Program-made: the position numbers and the translations under genes
Notes under the pieces: model-generated
Database searches by the model: none
Told to the model about the DNA's origin: nothing
What the model saw: the letters and a program-made list of their open reading frames with translations, nothing else
Source: Dehalococcoidia bacterium
Lineage (GTDB): Bacteria; Chloroflexota; Dehalococcoidia; Lucifugimonadales; VXLM01
NCBI GenBank assembly: GCA_963662435.1
Contig: OY759598.1
Coordinates: 3,008,507-3,072,506, forward strand
Direction: 5' to 3'
Length of the DNA stretch: 64,000 bases
In this document: in pieces, positions 1 to 9,181 of the stretch
How the letters are laid out: each line of letters starts with the position of its first letter
How positions within the stretch are numbered: position 1 is the first letter of the stretch

Positions 1-280
1 CCTCGGTGCGTGCGAACTCTTCGGGAAGCGTTGCCACCGCCTCCGGATCGACGTGCACCGTCTTGAGGTCGACCACGGGAACCCTGAGTTGGGAGCTCAG
101 CATGGCAACGAGAGTGTCCCTGGACACGAGACCGTCCACCACAAGGGTCTCGATCAGGCCGGAGCCGGTCTCTTCCCCGGAGTCCCTGGCTGCCTCAAGC
201 TGCTCAAGAGTAATGAATCCCGCTTCGACGAGGTTCAGGCCAATTCGGTCGTCGAGAGATGGCGTGGCACTTGAAGTCAT
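1..280 (-). CDS. N-terminal part (runs off the window) of a GspE/PilB-type protein with an MshEN-like N-terminal domain
   Basis: Manual translation from ATG 280 (GGAG upstream): MTSSATPSLDDRIGLNLVEAGFITLEQLEAARDSGEETGSGLIETLVVDGLVSRDTLVAMLSSQLRVPVVDLKTVHVDPEAVATLPEEFART. This resembles the RLGxxLxxxGxIxxxQL motif. Not in the ORF track. Confidence 0.7.
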   Translation of the reverse strand, partial: MTSSATPSLDDRIGLNLVEAGFITLEQLEAARDSGEETGSGLIETLVVDGLVSRDTLVAMLSSQLRVPVVDLKTVHVDPEAVATLPEEFARTE

Positions 281-407
281 CGGCTCTCCGGCGCTGTCCT
301 TCGAATGGCGGCGTTTCGCCGCCCGCGCCATCATCTAATGTAGCACAGCGGGCCTGCCATATGAAACGCGGACGGGCGCTGCGTCAGCACACGCAGGCCG
401 TTACCCG

Positions 408-974
408 CTAGCCGCCCACAGCCTGTATGCGTCCGTCGTCGCCGACCTCCAACAGCGAGACGAATTCGTAGCCCCGCTCCCGGATGGCCCGGCTCCCACC
501 CTCGTTGCGGTCGAGTATGCACATCACCTTTGCGACGCGGCACCCTGCGCCCTCTACGGCATCGATTGCATGCAGTAGGCTTCCTCCCTGATTGCACGTG
601 TCGTCGACCACGGCAACCGACAGCCCTTCCCTAATCGGACCCTCGATCAACTTGCCGGTGCCGTACTGTTTTCGTTCACTTCGGACGATGAGACCGGGTA
701 CGGGAGATCCCGCTTGATAGCTCGCCATGGCAATGGCCGAAAGCATTGGTACCGCCGCTACGGCGGGGCCCGCTACGGCCTCCGCGCCGCACTCCTGCAC
801 GATGGGCTGAAACGCCCTCCCCACAAGGTATGCTCCCTCCGCGTCCAGCGTCACCAACCGCCCATCGAAGTAGTAGTGGCTCTTCGAACCGGACGTGAGG
901 GTGAACTCGCCATACAGCAGTGCCCCCAGTCGTTCCGAAAGCTCCAAGAGCCGCTGTGCCTCAGACGTGCTCAT
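408..974 (-). CDS. pyrE: Orotate phosphoribosyltransferase
   Basis: GEFTLTSGSKSHYYFDGR, RKQYGT and PRPP-binding VVDDT motifs. The start at 974 overlaps the nadD stop. Confidence 0.92.
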   Translation of the reverse strand: MSTSEAQRLLELSERLGALLYGEFTLTSGSKSHYYFDGRLVTLDAEGAYLVGRAFQPIVQECGAEAVAGPAVAAVPMLSAIAMASYQAGSPVPGLIVRSERKQYGTGKLIEGPIREGLSVAVVDDTCNQGGSLLHAIDAVEGAGCRVAKVMCILDRNEGGSRAIRERGYEFVSLLEVGDDGRIQAVGG

Positions 975-1585
975 GCTTGCTCCCTCCTGCCATAGAGACC
1001 GTGCCCATCGATATACTTGTGGACAATTTGTGGAATAAGCCCGTCGACCGGCAGCCCGTCTACCATGCGCTGCCGCATCGAGGCGGCGCTGATGTCCACA
1101 CACGGCCCATCGACAAATGCTATCTCCTCCGACGCCCCGCTTCGAATCGATTCCAATGCCGCCCGGTCAACCACGCCAGCGCCCGGCCTCGCGACACCGA
1201 CGATGGTCGCCATGTCCAGCACCTCTCTGGGAGCGCGCCAACGGTGAAGTTCGTTCAGAGCGTCTGTGCCAAGTATGACGTACAGTTCTACTGCCTCGCC
1301 CATCTCTTCGCGGAGGGCCGTGAGCGTATCGATTGTGTACGTCGGACCCTCACGTCGCACCTCGACGTCCGATACATCGAACATGGGATTTCGAGCGACG
1401 GCAAGCTTCACCATTTCAAGCCGGTTTCGCGCCTCGGTCACCGGACAATTCGCCTTGAACCATGGTTGTCCTGCAGGTATGAACAACACTCGTTCGAGCC
1501 CCATCGTCTCGCGGACATGCTCCGCTGTCACGAGATGGCCATTGTGTATCGGGTCGAACGTTCCCCCGAAGATGCCGAGCTTCAC
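971..1585 (-). CDS. nadD: Nicotinate-nucleotide adenylyltransferase
   Basis: GIFGGTFDPIHNGH, TYTIDTL and ISAS-like motifs; follows obg. Confidence 0.95.
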   Translation of the reverse strand: MKLGIFGGTFDPIHNGHLVTAEHVRETMGLERVLFIPAGQPWFKANCPVTEARNRLEMVKLAVARNPMFDVSDVEVRREGPTYTIDTLTALREEMGEAVELYVILGTDALNELHRWRAPREVLDMATIVGVARPGAGVVDRAALESIRSGASEEIAFVDGPCVDISAASMRQRMVDGLPVDGLIPQIVHKYIDGHGLYGRREQA

Positions 1586-2887
1586 TCACTCCCACTCCAA
1601 CTCGTGCTTGCCGACGGCGTACGTGTCGCCGGTACGGATTCCCGCCCGCTCCAACTCCGCAATGACGCCCAAACGCTGTAGTTGCTCGTAAAACTGGACC
1701 CGTGCCGCCCAATTGTTCATATTGACGGTGCCGGCAAACCGCGTGGCCGAACGAAGGATTACCTCGTACTTCCCAGGCCCCGTCTTTCGTACCTTCTCCC
1801 GTTGGTCCACGGGATCGGGCCTGAGTACTGGAACGTCGGCCTGCTTACTTGCGACCGCCGTGGCCGGTCGAGGCTCCTCACTCTCGCCTGCCTCCTCACG
1901 TTCAGCCGCGATATTCAGGGCCTCCGCCACGTCATAGAGGAGCTCTTCGAGCCCTATTCGCCCAACGGCGGAGATGCTCCGGATGGAGACCGCAGTGTCC
2001 AGGAGATCATCGCGGCACAGCTCGAACGCGTCATCGACGCCCGGAATATCCCTCTTGTTGAAGGCAATCACCTCCGGCCTGTCCAGGAGAGCCTCGTTGA
2101 AGAGGACAATTTCATTGCGTATTCGCCGGTACTCCTCAACCGGGTCGGGCGAGTCCCCATCGATGACGTGTACCAGGACCCTGGTCCGCTCCACGTGCCC
2201 GAGGAACTCGTCACCAAGCCCTGCACCTGCATGAGCACCCTCTATCAGGCCCGGGATATCGACCATCACAAAGCCGTCCCTCCCGTGCTCGACCACGCCG
2301 AGCACGGGCTCGAGCGTCGTGAACGGATAGTCTGCTACCTTCGGCCTCGCGGCACTCACCGCCGCCAGCAGACTGGACTTCCCCGCATTAGGAGCGCCCA
2401 CTATCCCGACATCTGCCAGGAGCTTCAGTTCCAGCCGAAGTCTGATCTCCTGGCCGGGATCGCCTTCCTCGGCCAGCAACGGGAACTGGTTGGTTGATGA
2501 CGTGAACCGAGCATTCCCTCGGCCTCCCCGTCCTCCATGAGCCACCTCTACGCGCTCACCGTGGTTGGTCAGGTCGGCAAGCCTGTCACCCGTCGTCTCG
2601 TCCCAGATCTCCGTCCCCTGGGGTACGGCAAACTCAACGCTCTCACCCTTTTTGCCATGCTTCTTCCCACCGGTACCGCCGCCGCCATTTCTCGCCCTGA
2701 AGACACGGCTATGCCGAAAACTCAGAAGTGTACTTACATTCCTATCACAGCGCGCAAATACGCTTCCTCCATCACCGCCGTCTCCTCCGTCAGGACCACC
2801 ATGAGGCACAAATTTCTCACGCCGTCCGCTAACAGCCCCATTTCCCCCAGACCCACTGATGGATTTTATAAAGACAGAATCAATCAT
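1586..2887 (-). CDS. obgE: GTPase ObgE/CgtA
   Basis: Gly-rich Obg domain (GGPDGGDGGDGG), GAPNAGKS, DYPFTT, DIPG, NKRD and a C-terminal OCT-like tail. Confidence 0.97.
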   Translation of the reverse strand: MIDSVFIKSISGSGGNGAVSGRREKFVPHGGPDGGDGGDGGSVFARCDRNVSTLLSFRHSRVFRARNGGGGTGGKKHGKKGESVEFAVPQGTEIWDETTGDRLADLTNHGERVEVAHGGRGGRGNARFTSSTNQFPLLAEEGDPGQEIRLRLELKLLADVGIVGAPNAGKSSLLAAVSAARPKVADYPFTTLEPVLGVVEHGRDGFVMVDIPGLIEGAHAGAGLGDEFLGHVERTRVLVHVIDGDSPDPVEEYRRIRNEIVLFNEALLDRPEVIAFNKRDIPGVDDAFELCRDDLLDTAVSIRSISAVGRIGLEELLYDVAEALNIAAEREEAGESEEPRPATAVASKQADVPVLRPDPVDQREKVRKTGPGKYEVILRSATRFAGTVNMNNWAARVQFYEQLQRLGVIAELERAGIRTGDTYAVGKHELEWE

Positions 2888-3149
2888 AAGTATCTAAGAG
2901 TATAACAATAGATATTCATAACAGGGTGGATGATGTGCAGAACAACCCGCTGGCGGCGTGTTAGCCGTCTTGGCGCATCAGTGTTGACTGTGGATTGGAT
3001 ACCGACAGGTCGGGTATCGTCTGTGGGCTCCATCTGAGTAACTCCTGAAATACTGGGCCAGAGTGCCTGAACTGGTATACTTTCCACAGTAATTCACCAC
3101 GGGAACCCCGACTATCAACAGGGTTTTCCCTTACCGACTGGAGCGCAAA

Positions 3150-4463
3150 GTGAGTTTCGAAAACAGCGCCGTATTCCCCATGACGGCCAACGTAAACGAC
3201 GAATCGCACCTCACCATAGGTGGTATCGACACCCTCGATCTACTCGCGGAGTACGGGTCAGCCCTCTACGTATTCGACGAAGTGACGATGCGGACGATGT
3301 GCCGCGAGTTCGTCGGCGCGTTCGCGAGTCAATATCCCAAGAGCAAGGTATTGTACGCCTCGAAGGCATTCGTGAACTCGGCCATCGTGCAGCTCGTGAC
3401 CGACGAGGGCCTCGGCATGGACGTTGTCTCCGCCGGCGAGGTTGCGGTGGCAAAGGCCGGAGGCGCCGATCCCGCGAATCTCTACTTCCACGGCAACAAC
3501 AAGACCCCGGAGGAGCTGGAATATTCCCTCGATGAAGGCGTCGGGCGCTTCGTGATCGACAGCTTCCACGAATTGGAACTCCTTAACGCAAAGGCACGGG
3601 CCAAGGGTGTCAAACAGGACGTCCTCCTCCGGCTGTCTCCCAGCGTCGACCCTCACACCCACGTGATGACGACGACAGGCATCCTCGACAGCAAGTTCGG
3701 GTTCTCCATCGAGACGGGCGACGCCGCAACGGCCATCCGGCAAACACTCGCGGCCACCAACCTTAACTTGATTGGCATCCACTTCCACCTTGGGTCCCCC
3801 ATCTTCGAGTTGGAGCCCTACTCCATAGCGGTGGATGCGATCCTGACCTACCTTGCTCCCTTCAAGGAGGAAGGGCTGGTCCTCGAGGAGTTCAGCCCCG
3901 GCGGCGGGTTCGCCATCGGATACCTCAGGGACAGGCTCCCCCCTCCGGTGGACGCGTATGCGACGGCGATCACGACCGCGATGAAGGCCAGGTGCGCCGA
4001 TCTCGGCTTCGGTGAGCCGACGCTGGTTATCGAGCCCGGTCGCTCAATCGTAGGAAGGGCGGGCGTGGCGCTCTACACGGTCGGGGGGATCAAAGATATC
4101 CCGACGGTGCGGAAGTACGTGTCCCTCGACGGCGGGATGGGCGACAACATCCGTCCGGCCCTCTACGACGCGGCCTACGAGGCAGTCGTGGCCAACCGCA
4201 TGGACGAGTCGCCTTCCGAGGTCGTTACACTTGCAGGGAAGTACTGCGAGTCGGGCGACGTGCTCGTCAAGGACGTCAACTTGCCCCACATAGAGTCTGG
4301 CGACATCATCGCCATACCTGCTTCGGGAGCGTACTCGCCCTCCATGGCGAGCGTCTACAACCTGAACCCGCGACCGGCCATGGTAATGGTCAACGACGGC
4401 GAGGCGAAGCTCATCCGCCGTCGCGAGACCTTCGCCGACATGATGCTGCAGGACGTTGTGTAG
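3150..4463 (+). CDS. lysA: Diaminopimelate decarboxylase
   Basis: YASKAF (PLP lysine), HFHLGS, EPGRS and KYCESGD motifs. Confidence 0.95.
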   Translation: MSFENSAVFPMTANVNDESHLTIGGIDTLDLLAEYGSALYVFDEVTMRTMCREFVGAFASQYPKSKVLYASKAFVNSAIVQLVTDEGLGMDVVSAGEVAVAKAGGADPANLYFHGNNKTPEELEYSLDEGVGRFVIDSFHELELLNAKARAKGVKQDVLLRLSPSVDPHTHVMTTTGILDSKFGFSIETGDAATAIRQTLAATNLNLIGIHFHLGSPIFELEPYSIAVDAILTYLAPFKEEGLVLEEFSPGGGFAIGYLRDRLPPPVDAYATAITTAMKARCADLGFGEPTLVIEPGRSIVGRAGVALYTVGGIKDIPTVRKYVSLDGGMGDNIRPALYDAAYEAVVANRMDESPSEVVTLAGKYCESGDVLVKDVNLPHIESGDIIAIPASGAYSPSMASVYNLNPRPAMVMVNDGEAKLIRRRETFADMMLQDVV

Positions 4464-4475
4464 CGCCTGCTGGCT

Positions 4476-5237
4476 TCAGTCCTTCGTTGCGACGACGATC
4501 ATCCGGGGAGAGTTGATGGCGTACGGCGAGCCGTCATAGTCCCCGTACGTGGCTGACACGCGTAGCCCCAAGGCGTCGAACAGGCTGACCAGTTCCGTCA
4601 GTGTGTACAACCGAATGTCGTGCCCGGGCGACTCGCGACGAGTCCCGTCCGCCGTGACGATGGTGAACGTGACGTGGTTCCGCCCGGTGACGAGATCGAA
4701 CTCCCGGTGCTCCAGGAACGTGTTGCCGTCGTCGTCCGTGTGCCAGTCGTTCTGGACGTAGTTCGCTAGCACCCACTCGCGATTGATCGTGTCCAGGAGA
4801 AGCTGCCCGTCTCCCTTGAGAGAGTTGCCGACGGACTGTAAGACCCGCACGTCCTCGTCATCAGAATCGAAGTACCCGAACGCTGTGAACATGTTGATAA
4901 CCGCGTCGAACTCGCTGGTAAACGGGATGTCGCGCATGTCCCCATGCACGGTCTCGATCTCGACTCCCTCTCGCACGGCGTCCGCACGCGCCTTACGTAG
5001 GTAGTCCTCGTTCAGGTCCTGGCCCGTCACGACCATGCTGCGTCGGGCCAGCGCAATGGCGTGGCGTCCATGCCCACATGCCAGGTCGAGGACGCGAGCG
5101 CCCTCTTGAAGCCCCAGGCTGTCCACAACGAACGATGTCTCACGCTCCGTCACGTCATGCGACAGCCTTTCGCTGTAGATCTTCAGGTAGTCCTCGTTGA
5201 AAAACTCCGTATACCAGTTGGAGGGGATTGATGTCAC
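4476..5237 (-). CDS. Class I SAM-dependent methyltransferase
   Basis: VLDLACGHGRH, GDMRD and FTAFGYF motifs. Confidence 0.9.
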   Translation of the reverse strand: MTSIPSNWYTEFFNEDYLKIYSERLSHDVTERETSFVVDSLGLQEGARVLDLACGHGRHAIALARRSMVVTGQDLNEDYLRKARADAVREGVEIETVHGDMRDIPFTSEFDAVINMFTAFGYFDSDDEDVRVLQSVGNSLKGDGQLLLDTINREWVLANYVQNDWHTDDDGNTFLEHREFDLVTGRNHVTFTIVTADGTRRESPGHDIRLYTLTELVSLFDALGLRVSATYGDYDGSPYAINSPRMIVVATKD

Positions 5238-5295
5238 GGCGGTACCTCACACGTATCGGGAGCATTCACTGTGTTGCGGTGGTGACCGTCTCTAC

Positions 5296-5494
5296 CGTTC
5301 GGCCTGAGCGTCTCTACCGTTCAGCCTGAGCTTGTCGAAGGCTATCTTCGTGGTTCGGCAGTCTCACTCTGAACGGACTTCGGAACATCCCCGCTCAGAA
5401 ATTGTAGCAGACCGATGTACCTCATAAGATGGTGTATGATTCCACAAGTTCCCACAATCTCTCCCCCGCCGGGGGAGAGATACAGAGAGGGGGC
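5296..5494. repeat. Cluster of intergenic palindromic repeats (CCTGAGCYTGTCGAAGG family plus TCTCTCCCCC-GCC-GGGGGAGAGA hairpin)
   Basis: The first motif recurs at ~9024, 20757, 20826, 30186 and 55700. The hairpin recurs in reverse orientation at ~44976-45010. Confidence 0.75.
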
Positions 5495-5527
5495 GTCTTC
5501 TTACAGGCTCGTCAGTAGGAGTGTGGT

Positions 5528-6550
5528 ATGACGCTAGCGATTCTATGGGTACAGCTCGGCATTGCGGCCGCCGTGATCCTGGGCGCGTCGCTGTTTCTCG
5601 CCAAATCGGCGGACGTTATCGCCATCAAGACGGGGCTTGGCCGGTCATTCGTCGGAGTCGTGCTCCTCGCGACTGCCACGTCGCTGCCGGAGCTTGGCAC
5701 CGGCATCAGCGCTGTCTCGGTCGTCGGCGAGCCCGACTTGGCCGTCGGCGGAGCCTTCGGAAGCAACCTGTTCAATCTCCTGATTATCGGCCTGATGGAC
5801 ATCTTCTGGTGGAGACGCTTTCTCCTGAACCACGTCGGCATGTCTTCAGTCGTCATCGGAACGCTGGGCATCATCGTCATCTCGCTCGGCGGAGCTGCGG
5901 TGCTCCTGCACGACATGTCGACCGTGCTGGGTGATTGGCCGGTAAGCCCGTTGTCGATCGTGCTCGTCGTTGGGTTCGCCATCGCGATGTACTTCATCTA
6001 CCTGTTCGAAAAGAGCGCCGACGCGACCGATAAGGCGCCGGAGACGGAGGATTCCGAGAAGTACGCGTCTGAACGTCTCCCACGCCACCTCGTGATATAC
6101 GTCGTATCTGCACTGATCGTCGTCGGTTCCGCCGTCTGGCTCTCGTTCGTGAGCGACGACCTCGCAATCGAGATGGGCTGGGACGCCAGCTTCATGGGCA
6201 CCCAGTTCCTCGCCGCCGCGACGTCCCTGCCGGAGCTTGCCACCTCCTTCGCTGCCCTGCGCATTGGAGCTCCGGAACTCGCGATCACAAACCTGCTGGG
6301 CAGCAACCTCTTCAACATGGGGTTCGTCCTATTCCTCGACGACGTTGCCTACACGTCCGGGCCTATCTGGACTGCCGTCTCGCCCATTCACGCGCTCACG
6401 GCAGCCATCGCCGTCGTGATGACCGCGGTAATCACCCTTGCGGTGGTAACCAGGCCCAGAGAGTCCCGGCCGGGCGTGGTTACTATCGAATCAGGGGTGC
6501 TGATCGCCGTGTACGCCATCGCAAGCTTCCTCGTATTCACGCTCGGGTGA
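5528..6550 (+). CDS. Sodium/calcium exchanger (CaCA) family membrane protein
   Basis: Two alpha repeats (ATSLPEL...GSNLFN) and a multi-TM hydrophobic pattern. Confidence 0.9.
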   Translation: MTLAILWVQLGIAAAVILGASLFLAKSADVIAIKTGLGRSFVGVVLLATATSLPELGTGISAVSVVGEPDLAVGGAFGSNLFNLLIIGLMDIFWWRRFLLNHVGMSSVVIGTLGIIVISLGGAAVLLHDMSTVLGDWPVSPLSIVLVVGFAIAMYFIYLFEKSADATDKAPETEDSEKYASERLPRHLVIYVVSALIVVGSAVWLSFVSDDLAIEMGWDASFMGTQFLAAATSLPELATSFAALRIGAPELAITNLLGSNLFNMGFVLFLDDVAYTSGPIWTAVSPIHALTAAIAVVMTAVITLAVVTRPRESRPGVVTIESGVLIAVYAIASFLVFTLG

Positions 6551-6577
6551 CGCGTATCGAAGAGTCTCTCCCCCGCC

Positions 6578-6979
6578 GGGCTGACAGGGGTAGGTAGAGA
6601 ACGGCTTTGTAGCTATGATCCGGCCCCGTATCCCTGTCATTCCGAGTGGAGCGAGGAATCTAAAATCCATAACCGCAAGACCGAGCAGCCGGTGCCGCGC
6701 TTCTATGGTGACCAAGAGCGAAAACGGCGTAGGAACGCCCTATGTCAGCTTTAGCTGGGACAGATACTTTAGGTTCTTCGACTCCTCTTCGCTGCGCTCA
6801 GAATGACTGTGGCGGGGCTGCTTTCTCTCCAATCCCTCTCTTCAGTTGCCACCGGCACCAGCAATCATGAAAATGGCGGTAGGGGCGATTCGAGAATCGC
6901 CATACGGGAGGTTGGACTGGGATTTTCTTCAGGTGAAAGAAGAGTAGGGCGGTAGTCAAATGAATATCCCTGTCAGCCC
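6578..6979. mobile_element. ~400-bp non-coding composite element (MITE-like) bounded by GGGCTGACAGGG inverted repeats
   Basis: GGGCTGACAGGGGTA at 6578 and TATCCCTGTCAGCCC ending at 6979. The flanks are the two arms of a TCTCTCCCCC/GGGGAGA palindrome. Smaller repeats are nested inside. Confidence 0.6.
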
Positions 6980-7012
6980 GGCCGGGGAGACATACGTAAG
7001 GGAGAGGCCCAC

Positions 7013-7669
7013 GTGAAGAAAGTCGCCGTACTGACCAGCGGAGGACTCGATAGCTGCGTCCTCCTCGCCGACCTGGCGCGGCACGCCGAGGTCTGGCCCT
7101 TATACGTGCGCGCGGGGCTGGTGTGGGAGGACGAGGAACGTCGTGCCATCCAGCGGTTCATCGACGAGCTGAACAGCCCAAACGTCCGACCGTTGGTTGA
7201 GTTGTCCGCCCCGATGCGCTCCATTTACGGCGACCACTGGTCGATGACCGGCGACGACGTGCCCAAGCCGGGCGACGCGGACGACGCCGTTTTCATGCCC
7301 GGCCGGAACATCGTCCTGATCGGCCTTGCCGCCGTGTGGTGCAGCACGCAGGACGTGAACGCGGTCGCCATCGGGTCCCTCGGAGGCAACCCCTTCCCCG
7401 ACGCAACGCCGGAGTTCTTCGACGCTTTCGGAGCCGCCCTCAGCCGCGGCCTTGCCCATGACATTGAAGTCCTTGCCCCCTATCGCGGCCGCTCAAAGGT
7501 CGATCTCATCCGCGAGAACCGGCACCTGCCCATCGAGTTCTCCCTAACTTGCATGACCCCCGTTGATGCCCTCCACTGCGGCAGGTGCCAGAAGTGCGAG
7601 GAACGCATCGACGCCTTCACCGCCGCGGGCGTGAGAGACCGGACGCAGTACGCCACCTCTATGCCTTAG
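7013..7669 (+). CDS. queC: 7-cyano-7-deazaguanine synthase
   Basis: SGGLDS PP-loop, PGRNI, FPDAT and the C-terminal zinc motif C...HCGRCQKC. Confidence 0.85.
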   Translation: MKKVAVLTSGGLDSCVLLADLARHAEVWPLYVRAGLVWEDEERRAIQRFIDELNSPNVRPLVELSAPMRSIYGDHWSMTGDDVPKPGDADDAVFMPGRNIVLIGLAAVWCSTQDVNAVAIGSLGGNPFPDATPEFFDAFGAALSRGLAHDIEVLAPYRGRSKVDLIRENRHLPIEFSLTCMTPVDALHCGRCQKCEERIDAFTAAGVRDRTQYATSMP

Positions 7670-7747
7670 CAGGTGAATGAAACGGCTCCAAGCTCGTCTG
7701 GTACAATCCCCACACTTTCTAGCAACACTTTCTTCCCGGAGCCTCCC

Positions 7748-8908
7748 ATGAAAGTCACCAAGATCACCCCAATGCCGGTCAATACCGGCCCCTTCGGTGG
7801 GTTCTTCGTGCGAGTCGATACGGACGCGGGCATCTACGGCCTCGGCGAGTCGGGGATGACGCGTACTGGCCAGGCCGTCGGGAAGGCCGTCGAACACCTT
7901 GCTGATCTGGTAATCGGCGAGGACCCGCTCAGCACGGAGCGCTTGTGGCAGCACATGTTCCGTCGCAACTTCTTCCCCGCGACGGGCGTCTACTCCTGCG
8001 CCATTAGCGCCATCGACATCGCTCTGTGGGATATCAAGGGCAAAGCCCTCGGCGTCCCCGTGTACAAGCTGCTGGGAGGCCCCGTGCGAGACAAGGTCGT
8101 CTGCTATCCGCACTGCCAGGGCAACTCGACCGATGAGCTAATTGAGAACTGCGTTGAGCACGTCGAGAAGGGCTGGAAGTTCGTCCGCTGGGGTCAGCCG
8201 GAGACGGGCGGGACACTGGAGGTGCGGGAGACGGGCATCCTCGACCCCATGAAGTCGATTGAGCTGGGCGAAGAGCAGATGGCCAGGGTGCGCGAGGCCG
8301 TCGGCCCGGACATCCAGATCGCCTTCGACGTGCATACCCGGCTAGACACCCACCACGTGGTGAATTTCTGCAGGCGCGTCGAGAAATACAACCCCTTCTT
8401 CATCGAGGACCCGCTCCGCGCCGAGAACCCCGGCAGCTACCGCACGCTTGCGCGACACGTCAGCGTGCCCGTAGCAGCGGGCGAGCAGTGGTCGAACAAG
8501 TGGCAGTTCCGCGAGGTGATCGAGGAGGAGCTCATCAGCTACGCTCGGATCGACCTGTGCAACGTCGGCGGCATAACGGAGGCCGCGAAGGTAACGCACT
8601 GGGCGGAGACGCACTACATCGACATCGCCCCGCACAATCCCCTCGGCCCCGTCAGCGCCGCTGCGTGCGTGGCCCTGTGCATGGCCTCGTCGAACGTCGG
8701 CGTCCAGGAAATGCCCAAGGCCCCCGGCACCTACGAGACCGACCTGTTCCCCGTTCAGATCGACTTCGAGGACGGCTACGGCTTCTCCACCGACCGACCC
8801 GGCCTCGGGGTCGAGATCGACATGGACGTCGCCGAGGCGAAAGCGTGGACCCCGAGCGGCTTCGTCCCTTACCTGACCCGCAGCGACGGCGCCATCACCA
8901 ACTGGTAG
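7748..8908 (+). CDS. Mandelate racemase/muconate lactonizing enzyme family (galactonate dehydratase-like)
   Basis: SAIDIALWDIKGK, metal ligands in DVH, IEDP and AGE, then APHN and PGLG. Confidence 0.9.
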   Translation: MKVTKITPMPVNTGPFGGFFVRVDTDAGIYGLGESGMTRTGQAVGKAVEHLADLVIGEDPLSTERLWQHMFRRNFFPATGVYSCAISAIDIALWDIKGKALGVPVYKLLGGPVRDKVVCYPHCQGNSTDELIENCVEHVEKGWKFVRWGQPETGGTLEVRETGILDPMKSIELGEEQMARVREAVGPDIQIAFDVHTRLDTHHVVNFCRRVEKYNPFFIEDPLRAENPGSYRTLARHVSVPVAAGEQWSNKWQFREVIEEELISYARIDLCNVGGITEAAKVTHWAETHYIDIAPHNPLGPVSAAACVALCMASSNVGVQEMPKAPGTYETDLFPVQIDFEDGYGFSTDRPGLGVEIDMDVAEAKAWTPSGFVPYLTRSDGAITNW

Positions 8909-8975
8909 TAAGCCAAACTGGCCGGGATACCGCCACCTTCCGTCATAAGTATGTAGGCGAACGACACGCCCGCCA

Positions 8976-9099
8976 CCGTCATTCCCGCGCAGGCGGGAAT
9001 CCATCCGCCCACGACGAATGAACCCGTTCACCCTGAGCCTGTCGAAGGGTCGTCCTCCGCGGCATCCCCAACCGTCACTCCCGCCCAGGCGGGAATCCA
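8976..9099. repeat. CCGTCATTCCCGCGnnnGCGGGAATCCA palindromic repeats (two copies, with a CCTGAGCCTGTCGAAGG repeat between)
   Basis: Copies at 8976-9003 and 9072-9099. Further copies at 11723, 16301, 20572, 25867 and 30128. Confidence 0.8.
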
Positions 9100-9181
9100 G
9101 AATCCCATTCCGAGCCCTCCCCTCTGCCGTGATGGTAGAATACCGTCATCGCGGCAGCTCCGTCATGGGTAGGTTACAACC

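Noticed and set aside
2890..3149. Lysine riboswitch upstream of lysA
   Set aside because: No recognisable L-box core, and the likely -10 (TATACT near 3076) leaves too short a leader.
7013..7669. queC as part of a Qat/Dpd-type defence system
   Set aside because: Standard-length QueC with no neighbouring TatD, ATPase or dpd genes.
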